From: a virus
Taxonomy: Duplodnaviria > Heunggongvirae > Uroviricota > Caudoviricetes
DNA: 64,000 nt
IMG/VR virus record: IMGVR_UViG_2541047543_000003
Direction: 5' to 3' (one strand)
Position numbers and translations under genes: made by a program. This document shows, piece by piece, positions 8,420 to 19,450 of the stretch; within the stretch, counting starts at the first letter, position 1; every line of letters begins with the position of its first letter. Under the pieces are notes generated by a model. The model saw only the letters and a program-made list of their open reading frames with translations, was not told where the DNA came from and searched no databases.

Positions 8420-10507
8420 ATGAAAAATACGATCCGTGTGAGCACCTGCTCTCTTAATCAGACCCCTATGGACTGGTATGGCAACATCGAAAACATCAAA
8501 GAAGCCATTCAGCAGGCAAACAAGGATGGCGCAGCAATTCTTATCACCCCTGAATTGTCAATCACAGGCTATGGTTGTGAAGATTTCTTCTACACGCCTC
8601 ATCTAAGTGAAGAAGCTTTAAAACACACCCTAGAACTCACTCAACACGTTCCTGAAACGATGGTTGTAGCGGTTGGTCTTCCTGTTCTGATCAACAACCG
8701 TGTTTATAACGGTGTTGCTATGCTTACTCACAACGGGATTAAAGGCATCTCACTGAAACGAAATCTTGCAGCAAACGGTCTTCATTATGAGCAACGCTGG
8801 TTCACTCCTTGGACAAGCAAGAAAAACGCACTAATCAACCTTCCTGGCATCGAAGAAGAAGTTGCAATTGGCAATATCGTTTATGATGTAAACGGGGTAA
8901 AGGTTGGTCTTGAAATCTGTGAAGATGGTTGGGTATCAGCTCGTACAGCACAAGGTCTTTTCGAACAGGGTGTAGACATTATAGCTAACCCAAGTGCGAG
9001 TCACTTCTCGATTGGGAAATTCCTGACGCGTAAGCGTCTGGTAGAAGAATCAAGCCGCGCATATTCAGCTTGTTACGTGTATTCAAACCTATCGGGTTGT
9101 GAATCGGGTCGTTCTATCTATGATGCTGGCGCGATGATTGCTGTAGACGGTAAACTCGTCAAGCAAGGTAAGCGATTCCACTATTCTAGCTGTGAAGTTG
9201 TAACTGCCGATATCGACCTATCTCAAAGCCGCATTGGTCAGATTAATACTAGCCAGCGTTACTACTCTGACTTTAACGCAGAGAATCAAACTATCAAGGT
9301 CAAACTTGAGCACAATTTTGACTCGAAAATCTTAGATAAGTCTTTCGACATTGAAGCTTGGGAATTGAGTGATAATCTGGCTCATGAGGAAGCCATTCGA
9401 GCAATTTCAATTGGCTTGCGTGACTGGTCAAGAAAAACAAAAACTCAAGGGTACGCTCTTTCTCTTAGTGGTGGCGCTGACTCGGCTCTTGTAGGTTCAG
9501 CAACATTCCTATCTGTGTACTTTGAGCTTGCTGAATTGATCAGCAAGAAAGGCAATGGCGACTTCTCTCTCCCTGAGCATTTTCTTCAATACATGGATGA
9601 TGAATTGGTTAGCAAACTAGAGTCACTAGATAGCTCTAATGATTCTTTGCATAAACTCAAAGTCGATATTTGCCCTTCAATTGTATCCAAGTACCTAACT
9701 TGTGCATATCAAGGTTCAAGTAATAGTGGCGATGTGACACTTAACGCAGCGAAGTCACTTGCTCGTGAAATTGGCTCAAAATTCCACAACTTTAATATTT
9801 CTAATCTTGTTGATAGCTATGAAGGCATGATTGGTACATCACTCGGTATCGAATTTGATTGGGATAAACACGACATCGCCCGTCAAAACATTCAAGCTCG
9901 CGTTCGTTCTCCGAGTATTTGGATGGTCGCGAACCTTGAAAACAAACTTTTGCTAACCACCAGCAATATGTCAGAAGGCGCGGTTGGATATGTAACAATG
10001 GATGGTGATAGTTCTGGTGTTCTAGCGCCAATTTCAGGGGTAACGAAAACTCGAATCCTCTCTATGTTGCAATGGCTGGAAGAAAAAGGCGTAACAGTAA
10101 ATGAGGATTATTCTGTATGCCTGCACTCTCTGAGCTTCATCAATAACCAAAGACCTACCGCTGAGCTTAGACCTACTGCACAACAAGACGAAGATGATTT
10201 GATGCCATTCCCTATCCTAGATCGCATCCTAATCCTTACTCTAGAAGCAGGAAAAAGCCCAACTGAAACATGGGAAGCCATCTGTGTTGAGTTCCCGAAC
10301 TTCAGTAAGGCAACTTTGTGTCAATACGTGGTACGTTACTTCCAGCTACTATTTAGAAACCAATGGAAGCGAGATCGTCAAGCTCCAGGTTTCCACATTG
10401 AGATTAACAGCCTGGATCCAAAAACGTATAAGCGATTCCCTCTTCTTTCATCAGCATATGAAAAAGAAATCTTAGAATTACAAGCAGAAGTAGATACTTT
10501 TCACTAA
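8420..10507 (+). CDS. nadE: glutamine-dependent NAD+ synthetase (nitrilase + NAD synthase domains); ATG 8420 preferred over TTG 8408
   Basis: PELSITGY, EICED (nitrilase E-K-C triad), LSLSGGADS, QNIQARVR, TTSNMSE, PTAEL, QDEDDL, QWKR. Confidence 0.95.
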   Translation: MKNTIRVSTCSLNQTPMDWYGNIENIKEAIQQANKDGAAILITPELSITGYGCEDFFYTPHLSEEALKHTLELTQHVPETMVVAVGLPVLINNRVYNGVAMLTHNGIKGISLKRNLAANGLHYEQRWFTPWTSKKNALINLPGIEEEVAIGNIVYDVNGVKVGLEICEDGWVSARTAQGLFEQGVDIIANPSASHFSIGKFLTRKRLVEESSRAYSACYVYSNLSGCESGRSIYDAGAMIAVDGKLVKQGKRFHYSSCEVVTADIDLSQSRIGQINTSQRYYSDFNAENQTIKVKLEHNFDSKILDKSFDIEAWELSDNLAHEEAIRAISIGLRDWSRKTKTQGYALSLSGGADSALVGSATFLSVYFELAELISKKGNGDFSLPEHFLQYMDDELVSKLESLDSSNDSLHKLKVDICPSIVSKYLTCAYQGSSNSGDVTLNAAKSLAREIGSKFHNFNISNLVDSYEGMIGTSLGIEFDWDKHDIARQNIQARVRSPSIWMVANLENKLLLTTSNMSEGAVGYVTMDGDSSGVLAPISGVTKTRILSMLQWLEEKGVTVNEDYSVCLHSLSFINNQRPTAELRPTAQQDEDDLMPFPILDRILILTLEAGKSPTETWEAICVEFPNFSKATLCQYVVRYFQLLFRNQWKRDRQAPGFHIEINSLDPKTYKRFPLLSSAYEKEILELQAEVDTFH

Positions 10508-10542
10508 CTAGTAAACTTCGAAAACGTCAATTCAAAGGAAAC

Positions 10543-10578
10543 AAAAACACCCGCTTGACAAGCGGGTGTTTTATTTTT
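10543..10578. terminator. intrinsic terminator after nadE
   Basis: AAAACACCCGCTT-GAC-AAGCGGGTGTTTT inverted repeat. Confidence 0.85.
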
Positions 10579-10800
10579 GTTACAAGGCGGCTAGGTCGTT
10601 TATAGACGTTGGTAAGCTGGGAGCCGTTCCAGTTCATACCCAATCAAGCTAAGGTATAGGAATCCTTTTTTTCAGTCAAGATAAATTAGAGTCGCCCAAT
10701 GTTCTATTGGGATTTTCCACAAAAAATAAAAAAAAATTTTATTAATTTAAATAATGATTTAGACTTATGAAAAATATAAATAAATGGAAAACAATTAAAA

Positions 10801-12162
10801 ATGAATATGATCGAAAAAATATCCAACTTTCTGGATAACCTTTCAAAAAAACCCGACATGTCCACTTATGAACTAAGGCAATCTCAATACAAGAAATCCC
10901 TGCCTTTGCTTGCTTTTTTTATCATCTGCATGATTGGAGTGACTATCTCAATGCCAATGGCTATCGATAGTGGTGACTCTATGGATTATTTTGGCATTGT
11001 TTCTCCGCTAATGTTCGTTACAGCTTTGTATACTTTCGGAACCATGTTTATTCCGTTTATTAATACATATGCAAGCATTGATGATGAAATTTTTTTGGAT
11101 AAGATTTTGCCATTTAAACTTCTAAAAAGCATCAAGAGAAACCACCCTTTTAATGTTAGTTACATATGGTTTCACGCTATTATGCTAGCCGCTCCAATAT
11201 ACATGATTATTGCCATGTTATATCCATCATATGGGACATACCCACTTATGGAGCCAAGCGCTTTATTCTTTGAATCTGAGAAAGTAACAAACATTTACGA
11301 AGGTCTATCTATTTTTGTAATGTTCATTTACCTATTCGGAAACACAAGAGAGCAGGATTATGTTGAATTTGAAGCAAAAGAGAAAAAGTTTGAAGAAAAG
11401 AATATAGTAATCGCAAAGCAAAAGATCACATATAAACACCTACAATTAGCAAAAGTATTCTGTATCTTATCTATTATTATGGTTGTATTAATGAGTTTTT
11501 CTAAGATAGACCAAAATTTGTTAGAAACTAACCTTCCAGTTAAGTATGTAAGCAAAACAGAAACAAAAATTATTCCATATAATCAGATCAATGCAATTTC
11601 AAGCTACGGTTCCCCTGACATAAAAATGTATAATGCTTCTTTGATGGGTGATCCTCTTGCTCAATTAATTTTATTAAGCGCATTTACAGAAGTTGAATAT
11701 AAGGAAACACCTGAACTCTCTAAAGCAGTAGCTTTCTCATTAATGAAAGGATTAAATGAATTGCGATCAAGCACAGCTAGGGTAGAACTAATGGCTGAAA
11801 AATATCCGATTCTACGAATGAGCAAAACACATTATGAACTGTTCAAAAACCAGGATATTGACTTAGAAATTAAGATTCTAGATTTAATATACAAAAATGA
11901 CTTAAAAGCACTCAAATCAGAACTGGAAAAACATCATTCGGAAATCTTTATATCTCCAAAAGATGCGGTAAAAGAAGGAAAAGACTCTATTGCTCCACTT
12001 TCTGCCATGACTATCAGCCATATGGTTAAATCAGGGAATTTCGATTATGAAGTGTCGTTCTTCAGAACAAAAAACCGAACTGACTACGAACCTAAACATG
12101 AATCTGCTAAAGAAATGGTTAAGCTAATGAAGTTTTTTGAAACTGCACATCGAGTTAAATAA
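10801..12162 (+). CDS. hypothetical multi-pass membrane protein
   Basis: About five hydrophobic segments followed by a soluble C-terminal domain. Confidence 0.7.
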   Translation: MNMIEKISNFLDNLSKKPDMSTYELRQSQYKKSLPLLAFFIICMIGVTISMPMAIDSGDSMDYFGIVSPLMFVTALYTFGTMFIPFINTYASIDDEIFLDKILPFKLLKSIKRNHPFNVSYIWFHAIMLAAPIYMIIAMLYPSYGTYPLMEPSALFFESEKVTNIYEGLSIFVMFIYLFGNTREQDYVEFEAKEKKFEEKNIVIAKQKITYKHLQLAKVFCILSIIMVVLMSFSKIDQNLLETNLPVKYVSKTETKIIPYNQINAISSYGSPDIKMYNASLMGDPLAQLILLSAFTEVEYKETPELSKAVAFSLMKGLNELRSSTARVELMAEKYPILRMSKTHYELFKNQDIDLEIKILDLIYKNDLKALKSELEKHHSEIFISPKDAVKEGKDSIAPLSAMTISHMVKSGNFDYEVSFFRTKNRTDYEPKHESAKEMVKLMKFFETAHRVK

Positions 12163-12290
12163 CAAACAGATGGATATGTCGCTCATGCTCTGTCATGGGC
12201 GATTTTTATATCAAATAAAATTAAGATTCAATTTTATTAAGCATTAAAAAGAATGTAAAAAACCCAAAGCGATAACTTTGGGTTTTATAT

Positions 12291-13577
12291 TTAACAATTA
12301 CTTGCTATTTCATCATTTTCTTCGGTTTCTGTATCATCTATCTCAACATCCACCTTTGTGTTTGGAGTCAAATCAGCAACGGAAATCTTTAACATGTCAT
12401 CAATCTCTAAATCACTAACTCTATCCAAAACCACATCATAGAATGATGTAATGCTATGTAGCTTTTGCTTTATCTCATCATCAACAAAACTCAACTTTGA
12501 TAAGTATGAAATTTGGAAAACTCTGCCAGCCAACTCTTTTGCCGTAAATGACTGACCTTTATATATTTCTGTCATTTCAAACTGTTCGTAAGAGACCAGA
12601 TAAGAGAAAATTGCTCTTAGCTTAGCATTATCTACGAATGACACACCTTCAGCTTTTGTTATGGCTGAAAAAATTGATATCACTGAATCCCTATTTTTTA
12701 CGGAAATTTTAGATGTTCCATAAACGTTATCGAGGATTGTTAAAGCCATATCGATATAGTCAGAAACAATTTCATCAATCAACTCATACCACTCAGTTTC
12801 AACGCATTCATGGATGACCATTGCCCTGATGATAAATGCTTTCTCAAGCTTTTGAGCGATTGAAGACAGCTCGCGTTTCTTAAACTGCTTGATATCACCA
12901 TCTTCGATTTCAAAAGCCTTCATTCTCTCTTTCAGGTTCAGATAAGAACGATAAAGAGAAGCAAGCATTCCAACAACCGTACAGTGACGATTGATGTTTT
13001 GATCGATAACGTCTTCCTTAATTTCCTTAATAAACAGAAGCCTTGGTTTGGCTATCAAATATGAAATCGCTTCATGATAGTCCTCTTCCCGCTTTTGTTG
13101 ATTACGAAGCCTATCAAGCTCCTTTTTCTCTTCTTCTGTAAGAACTGGCTTTGGATCTTCATTTAAAGATTTTGCGCTTTGATTTACTGTAATTTCAGAC
13201 GCAGCTTCTTTCTTTTGTTCAATTTTTTGTTCTTTCCTGTAAAGCTCTAAAGCATAATCCAGCATTTCCTGATGGAAACCCTTATCCTCATCTTTGAGAA
13301 CCGTTATTACCTTTAGATGCTCTACACCTCCGATCACGCCCATTGTTTTGCAGATGAAATACGCACCACTATCGGATACTAAGAAACGATATTTATGACG
13401 TTCAGATTTTTTAATACGCCTATACGAAAGCGTACCTGAGATAAAGCTTAAATCCTTAGCTTTACATGGTGTTAGAGTCTTTATTTCATTACTTAAAACT
13501 AAACCTGGAAATCTTTGATTAAATCTTTTGTTAGCGTGATCAGAGAAAACGAATTCATACGGAATCATCCTCTCCAC
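12291..13577 (-). CDS. hypothetical protein
   Basis: 428-aa ORF; N-terminal FSDHANKRFNQRF, charged linker, helical C-terminus. Confidence 0.7.
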   Translation of the reverse strand: MERMIPYEFVFSDHANKRFNQRFPGLVLSNEIKTLTPCKAKDLSFISGTLSYRRIKKSERHKYRFLVSDSGAYFICKTMGVIGGVEHLKVITVLKDEDKGFHQEMLDYALELYRKEQKIEQKKEAASEITVNQSAKSLNEDPKPVLTEEEKKELDRLRNQQKREEDYHEAISYLIAKPRLLFIKEIKEDVIDQNINRHCTVVGMLASLYRSYLNLKERMKAFEIEDGDIKQFKKRELSSIAQKLEKAFIIRAMVIHECVETEWYELIDEIVSDYIDMALTILDNVYGTSKISVKNRDSVISIFSAITKAEGVSFVDNAKLRAIFSYLVSYEQFEMTEIYKGQSFTAKELAGRVFQISYLSKLSFVDDEIKQKLHSITSFYDVVLDRVSDLEIDDMLKISVADLTPNTKVDVEIDDTETEENDEIASNC

Positions 13578-13717
13578 CTTTTATTAATAATTTTATATTT
13601 TATTTGGGTCAAAAAGACCCGTTTTCAAAGCTGATACTAACAAAAGAAACTTATATTGTACATAGATTAAATAAACAAAAGCCCCGTCTGTACGGGGCTT
13701 GAGCGCTATTTTGTATT

Positions 13718-15946
13718 TTATACTCTGTATTTTTTAACTCTAGAATCAGAGAGATAGGCTGTATAGATTTTATCCATAGATGTAGAGGGCTGATAGAAAT
13801 TACCTTGCATTAACTTAAAACCTCTATCTCTAAAGTTATTACTAGATTCCAGGTTCTCTACCATCTTTATAACCACATCTATAGCTTTACCAGCCATGTT
13901 ATCTTTCACTTGAGACATGATTTTTAGATCAGCCTTATTAGAAATCATCATTGCGTTAATTTTCACGCCAGTTATATTCACATTGGCAGATAGTTGACTG
14001 ACAATTAACGGGCTAGTCATATCATCTACCACTATTCCAAAACCAAGGTTGCTTAGGTTTATCAGATTCTCAAGAACTTGGATGTTTCTCTTAATTGCAA
14101 TTGACTCAGAAACCTCAAATTCTATCATCTTAGGCTTCACCAAAGACGAGGTTAAATGCTTATTCACAATAGAGATAAGCTTTTTTTCCAGCAACTGCTT
14201 TTCAGAAAGGTTAATAGAAATCTTGAGGTCACTCCTACCTAGCAACTCAAACTTACGCGCCTCTATGAAGACCTTTTTAACAATGAACTCTGTAAGTTTG
14301 CCTAAACCACCATTCATGTAGAACATATCTATCAACTGAGCAGGTGATACTTGCTCATTTGTCTTATCCCACCGCAGAAGCGACTCAAGCGACACCATGC
14401 GCTCTGATTTTATATTTATAACTGGTTGGTACACCAATGACAACTCGTCATTCTCTAGTGCCGAGGGAAGCTTTAAAGAGCATTCACTAACATCTGTTTC
14501 TATGTCGAAGAACTTCTCCTGGCACACTAAAATATCATCATCATGCTTTGTAAATGCATAAAGTAACTTATAGACAGAAATATCTACATTGTCATCCATA
14601 TTCACTGGAAGTGCAAAAATTCTAAAATGACAATATGAAGAGTGGTCAGACAGTCTGTTATGAATAGCGATGAGATCTTGCCTTGTTAGGGGTGATTCTG
14701 AACTAACGAAAGAGATAACCCTCTTAAAGTCAAGAGAGCCTACGTGATTCAAGAAGAGTCCACTTGATTCATTGATGTAAAACGAAAAAGAGTTGATGAA
14801 AGAATTTACAGTGAAATTTTCATTCCTTGTTAGAGCAATATCAAAGACATTTGTGACTTCAAGAACAAAGATGAAATGATATTTATAGCCTGAATATACG
14901 TAATCAGAAACTGATCCATTTAGCATCTTTTCTCTGAAAACCATAACGTCATTTTTTGTCTGAAACAGATCTTTATCAACTCGGAAAAGCTTCTCCGAAG
15001 ACTCTTTCTTCAAAAGCCTACCAAAAATTAGGTCTTTAGAGCTAAGATCCCCAGTTCCAATCATTCTTACTATATGGTTTAACCTATACGATTCTTTTGC
15101 ATAAACAGAAGACTTTCTCATCAAAATAAGCAAACAGCTTAGAAGAAGGATTATAGTGATCACGTAAGAAGACACATCAACCAATCTGAAAGCAGAAAAG
15201 TAACGGTTATCATATGTTGGGATAGCTACTATGATATCTACGCCCATCTCACTGTGCTGCTTGGACACATAGAATCCATCTATTTTTGTGGCTCTTTGTG
15301 CCAGATTTGCATTATAAATTAGCTTACTTACAAAGCTAGGCTCAATTACATTTCCATTTTCTTCAATAAGAAGAATTGTATTGTTTACAATATTAAAATA
15401 GTCGAAATGATGTGACTGTTTGACAGAATGAGCTTCTTCGCTAATGTTGAAACTAACCAGTATTGAATAATCAACTGAAATGTCTCCATCCATTTTTTGG
15501 AATTGATGGTACACACTTACAGAATGGTTAGGCACGTCATACTTTATTTGATAAAAGCTATTTCCTACAATCAAACTCTTGTAATTCAGCACATTCAGAA
15601 CCTTCGGAAAATCAACCGTCTTCCCAATAAAATGACATTCCCATTTTTCATTATTCTGTGAATATACGATACTGTCTATTTTATCTTTATCATACATATT
15701 TGCTTGTGTTAGCATAATGTAAGATTGCTTATAGGTCTCAATCCTGTGTATCACTCTAGATAAGTTAGTTTTAGCAATGTCACTTACGTGGTAAGACCGC
15801 TCGGTTGTAGCTTCAAGATCTTCATATTCAATTTCTAAGATCTCGACAAATAAATTAAAAAACAGTACTAATATTACAAAAGCGACAATAGCAATTGACT
15901 TGGAAAAATTCATACACACCTCTACTCTGGGCGCGAATTCTAACAT
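13718..15946 (-). CDS. membrane-anchored protein with degenerate GGDEF-like and degenerate EAL domains
   Basis: Two TM segments; YQPVI..SLESLLRW, SINLS, EVSES, DDMTS (for DDFGTG), VKIN, KMVE (for EGVE), MQG. Confidence 0.8.
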   Translation of the reverse strand: MLEFAPRVEVCMNFSKSIAIVAFVILVLFFNLFVEILEIEYEDLEATTERSYHVSDIAKTNLSRVIHRIETYKQSYIMLTQANMYDKDKIDSIVYSQNNEKWECHFIGKTVDFPKVLNVLNYKSLIVGNSFYQIKYDVPNHSVSVYHQFQKMDGDISVDYSILVSFNISEEAHSVKQSHHFDYFNIVNNTILLIEENGNVIEPSFVSKLIYNANLAQRATKIDGFYVSKQHSEMGVDIIVAIPTYDNRYFSAFRLVDVSSYVITIILLLSCLLILMRKSSVYAKESYRLNHIVRMIGTGDLSSKDLIFGRLLKKESSEKLFRVDKDLFQTKNDVMVFREKMLNGSVSDYVYSGYKYHFIFVLEVTNVFDIALTRNENFTVNSFINSFSFYINESSGLFLNHVGSLDFKRVISFVSSESPLTRQDLIAIHNRLSDHSSYCHFRIFALPVNMDDNVDISVYKLLYAFTKHDDDILVCQEKFFDIETDVSECSLKLPSALENDELSLVYQPVINIKSERMVSLESLLRWDKTNEQVSPAQLIDMFYMNGGLGKLTEFIVKKVFIEARKFELLGRSDLKISINLSEKQLLEKKLISIVNKHLTSSLVKPKMIEFEVSESIAIKRNIQVLENLINLSNLGFGIVVDDMTSPLIVSQLSANVNITGVKINAMMISNKADLKIMSQVKDNMAGKAIDVVIKMVENLESSNNFRDRGFKLMQGNFYQPSTSMDKIYTAYLSDSRVKKYRV

Positions 15947-15995
15947 AAATCAACTTGTTATAAAATTATAATAAATCCAATAAAATCAGCTAGTT

Positions 15996-16505
15996 ATGAA
16001 AAATAAAATATATCAAATGATTGACTCTGCCAGCACTACTGACCGATATGAGGTGGCAAAAAAACTAAGGGAAGAGTTTCCAGATATGAGCGTGAATATT
16101 GATAGCGCAATGGAAGTCTACATAGAAGAGGATATTTTTTCAAAAGATGAAAATGTTCGTAGCCTTGCATATATTGAGAAGTTCAAAAAAAAGAACAGCC
16201 AGAATAATCTGGCATTTATCGACGCCCTCTTTTCCCGATTTGTTGTTACGCTGACAAATACTAAATCGGGAGGTGGATGGATTGTTTTCATAAAAAAGGA
16301 TACCGTTATCAGCTCTCAGTTTGACAAAAGCTTAAACTTTACTAACAAGTTTTCGATTGAGGCTAATAAATATAAAAGATTAACCAATCCAGTGAAAAAC
16401 CTTTATGGCGATTCTGTGCTTAACAGCGAAGAAATGAGTAAAAAAATCATCTCTGCCTTAAAAAGCAAAGTTAGTAAAGAAACATCAGAACTCGCTTTTC
16501 AATAA
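15996..16505 (+). CDS. hypothetical protein
   Basis: 169-aa ORF. Confidence 0.55.
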   Translation: MKNKIYQMIDSASTTDRYEVAKKLREEFPDMSVNIDSAMEVYIEEDIFSKDENVRSLAYIEKFKKKNSQNNLAFIDALFSRFVVTLTNTKSGGGWIVFIKKDTVISSQFDKSLNFTNKFSIEANKYKRLTNPVKNLYGDSVLNSEEMSKKIISALKSKVSKETSELAFQ

Positions 16506-16883
16506 TCTGTAAAACTCTTTTGCTTTTTCTGCATCACGGCAAAGATCAGGATCTAAGAGAACAATAGCCATACATGCTTCAGAGTCTACCGTATTGTTAA
16601 TTATTCCATCTTTGCTAAACACCCATTCTTTATTAATTTGATTTAATATATCGAGCTTTATAATACTGAGTGCAGCCAAAAATTTCTTTTGCGCAACAGA
16701 CAGCTTTGATGATACTAAAACCACTAATCTTTCATCTTCAACAGAAAAATAGGCAATGTCGTTACCATGTAAGTTTGCATTAACGATTTGCATTCTTTTC
16801 GCTTTTATTAATTTTTCAAACGAGTAATTCTTGTTGCCTGTTGTTTTTTCGATATAATTTAGCGCCAAGTTTATTCTTTTCAT
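16485..16883 (-). CDS. hypothetical protein, weakly ImmA/IrrE-like without HExxH
   Basis: VVLVSSKLSVAQKKFLAALSII resembles the I.VN......RQRFTIAHELGH stretch. Confidence 0.45.
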   Translation of the reverse strand: MKRINLALNYIEKTTGNKNYSFEKLIKAKRMQIVNANLHGNDIAYFSVEDERLVVLVSSKLSVAQKKFLAALSIIKLDILNQINKEWVFSKDGIINNTVDSEACMAIVLLDPDLCRDAEKAKEFYRLLKSEF

Positions 16884-16889
16884 TATTAT

Positions 16890-17978
16890 TTATGTCACTC
16901 TTAGCAGCGTCCTAGATAACTCTTCTGTGAGTGATCCCTCCACATTTTTTTCAACCAAAGACACACCAAAGCCATACTCACTCAAAAAGTATTGGATATT
17001 ATCTAGATCTCTAGGTTGATTTTCATGATCCATACTAATCGGCTTCCCATAATCGAAAGCATAAAAGTTTTCATTTTGTACGTAAAAGCAAATCCTAATC
17101 TTGTCTGTTTTTTCACAACTTGAAACGATAACATTGTAATCGCTAGGTCTGGCGATGATTGCTTGTTTTGCAATATCGAACAAGCACTTCTCAATTCTAA
17201 CGAATGACAACGCGCCCCAAAGCGCTTCATTCGCAAGCATTGGGTTTACAACAGATACGTTGTACTTAGATGATTTGAACACGAACTGAATTAGACATCT
17301 AATATCATCTTGGATTGATTTAAATGCTTCATAAGTACTTGCTCTATTGAATGACTCACCATTATCAAAGAAGTGGTTTTCGGCATCACGCTTAAGTGAA
17401 ACTCGCATTGGTAACATAAACAACTCATGCTTATCACCACTAACAGAGATTTCGTCCTTTGCGATGATTTTGAAGTATTGCTCATACTTAACATAATCGA
17501 AAATGCCTGGCTGATAATCTTCATAGTTAAAGATCGAGCCATCCACTTTAACTTCACATGTCATACCGTTTTCCGCGAAGAACTGCTCAAGCTTACTTGA
17601 AAGATTATTGCGGATAATTGGAGGTAATACTCCATTCTCTTGATGAGACCCAAAATGAGATTTGATGATAAATGGCAACATAACCAAGTAATCTACGCAT
17701 TTATCATCATTCATCTTGTAGTATCTGGTTGATGACAGTCGTCTAATCAAGTCAATGATGTAAGAGCGCGTCAATTCGCTATACAGCGAGTGATTCTTTA
17801 ACTTATCCAATAGTTCACTTAAAGACTCTTGGTTTTTTAAAGCAAAATTAAATGCCAACTTAACAAAAGATTCTACATCTCTGTTCTCTTCAATACTTTT
17901 AACGATCTCTTCTAGAATTAAGCCAGGATTATCCATCTTTTTAGCTGCATCGTAGATGCTGTTTGTAGATTCCTTCAT
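16890..17978 (-). CDS. hypothetical protein
   Basis: 362-aa ORF. Confidence 0.7.
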   Translation of the reverse strand: MKESTNSIYDAAKKMDNPGLILEEIVKSIEENRDVESFVKLAFNFALKNQESLSELLDKLKNHSLYSELTRSYIIDLIRRLSSTRYYKMNDDKCVDYLVMLPFIIKSHFGSHQENGVLPPIIRNNLSSKLEQFFAENGMTCEVKVDGSIFNYEDYQPGIFDYVKYEQYFKIIAKDEISVSGDKHELFMLPMRVSLKRDAENHFFDNGESFNRASTYEAFKSIQDDIRCLIQFVFKSSKYNVSVVNPMLANEALWGALSFVRIEKCLFDIAKQAIIARPSDYNVIVSSCEKTDKIRICFYVQNENFYAFDYGKPISMDHENQPRDLDNIQYFLSEYGFGVSLVEKNVEGSLTEELSRTLLRVT

Positions 17979-18059
17979 TCACTTGCCGTTCATTTTATAT
18001 TGAAATTGAGGGAATGATACTCCCTTACTAAGAAAGAATCAATCCCTCAAGGTGGTTTT

Positions 18060-18806
18060 TTAAGCAGACTTTATGCTATTGATTTTGTTAGCCTTGTGCG
18101 AGTTTAGAAAGCTAGCGCTAAGGTTATTGATAAAGAAGTCAGCAAGAGTTTCAAACTCTTTTTCCTTAGAATCTTTTTTATTTACAATTCTAAAAACATT
18201 GTATCCAACTTTACTCCTATCATCGGCACCTACTCTAACCTCAACTCTAAACGAAGCTCCATTTTCAAAATTAAAATCATACTGCTTCACGCTTGCATCG
18301 GTAGCGCAACATACCTGTTCAGAAACCAAATCAAAACTACCCATGTAACCATCACTGCACTTTATGTTTGCAGACTTTGTTTCATAGAACTTTTGAGAGC
18401 ACATATAAGTGAAATACACTTCTATCAAACTCTTTAGTGACTCATACTCAAATGGATTACTGATGTAACCATTGTAAGCCTCAACCCCCACCACATGCAT
18501 GTCCTTATCGCAGATAGAACGCGCCTCGAAGTATAATTTTGGAAACATCTTAGACATCCCTAGCAGAATTTCTGTATCTATCCCTGCACTTTGGGAGCTA
18601 GTTGTTCCTGATACTATTGCTGTAGAGTCATTGAATAAACTTACACATCGCAATCCAATTGAGTAATCTGCATTTTTGATTATCGACTTAATGGAATTAA
18701 GGGAATATCCCTTACTCTTGAAGTCCTTTAAGTTGTGCTGATTACAGTACGTTACAAAATCACTCAATACCGACGAATCGCCTGTTACTTTTATTTTATA
18801 TTTCAT
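18060..18806 (-). CDS. hypothetical protein
   Basis: 248-aa ORF. Confidence 0.65.
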   Translation of the reverse strand: MKYKIKVTGDSSVLSDFVTYCNQHNLKDFKSKGYSLNSIKSIIKNADYSIGLRCVSLFNDSTAIVSGTTSSQSAGIDTEILLGMSKMFPKLYFEARSICDKDMHVVGVEAYNGYISNPFEYESLKSLIEVYFTYMCSQKFYETKSANIKCSDGYMGSFDLVSEQVCCATDASVKQYDFNFENGASFRVEVRVGADDRSKVGYNVFRIVNKKDSKEKEFETLADFFINNLSASFLNSHKANKINSIKSA

Positions 18807-18862
18807 TTTATTATTCTTTTCTTTTTATTATTTGTATTTTTATTTGTTTTTTATTTGTTTAT

Positions 18863-19450
18863 TTATTTGTTCATTTCTTCTTTCCAGTGCTTTCTGCAAA
18901 AAGAGACATACTTGTCATTTCCGCCGATATCGACCTGACTACCACTTTTTACAGGATTACCCTCCGAATCATATCTGACAACAAACGTAGCTTTTTTACC
19001 ACACTTACATATTGTTTTCACTTCCCTAATCTTATCAGCTATAGCCAGCAGCCTCTTACTACCAGGGAATAACTCACCAAATGAGTCTGTTCTTAAACCA
19101 TACGTCAACACCGCCAAACCGAGTTCGTCAGCAATATCCGACAACTGATCTACTTGTGATTCAGATAAGAACTGCGCCTCATCCACAAAAACAGCTTTTA
19201 CAGGAAGCCCACCCTCTTGTGCCTTGATAATCTCTGTCACTTTATCAAATAGATTATCATTAGGTTTCACAGCATGAGCGTCTGCCTTAAGACCAATCCT
19301 TGAGCCTATTACACCGACACCTGATCTGTTATCGATCATAGGGGTCATAAGTATCGTCCCCATACCGCGCTCATTGTAGTTATAACTTGCTTGCAAAAGT
19401 GATGTGCTTTTACCAGCATTCATACTGGAATAGTTAAAATACAGACTCAT
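18863..19450 (-). CDS. tdk: thymidine kinase
   Basis: YSSMNAGKSTSLL, IGSRIG, FVDEAQFL, YGLRTD, KTICKCG, YVSFCRKH. Confidence 0.97.
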   Translation of the reverse strand: MSLYFNYSSMNAGKSTSLLQASYNYNERGMGTILMTPMIDNRSGVGVIGSRIGLKADAHAVKPNDNLFDKVTEIIKAQEGGLPVKAVFVDEAQFLSESQVDQLSDIADELGLAVLTYGLRTDSFGELFPGSKRLLAIADKIREVKTICKCGKKATFVVRYDSEGNPVKSGSQVDIGGNDKYVSFCRKHWKEEMNK

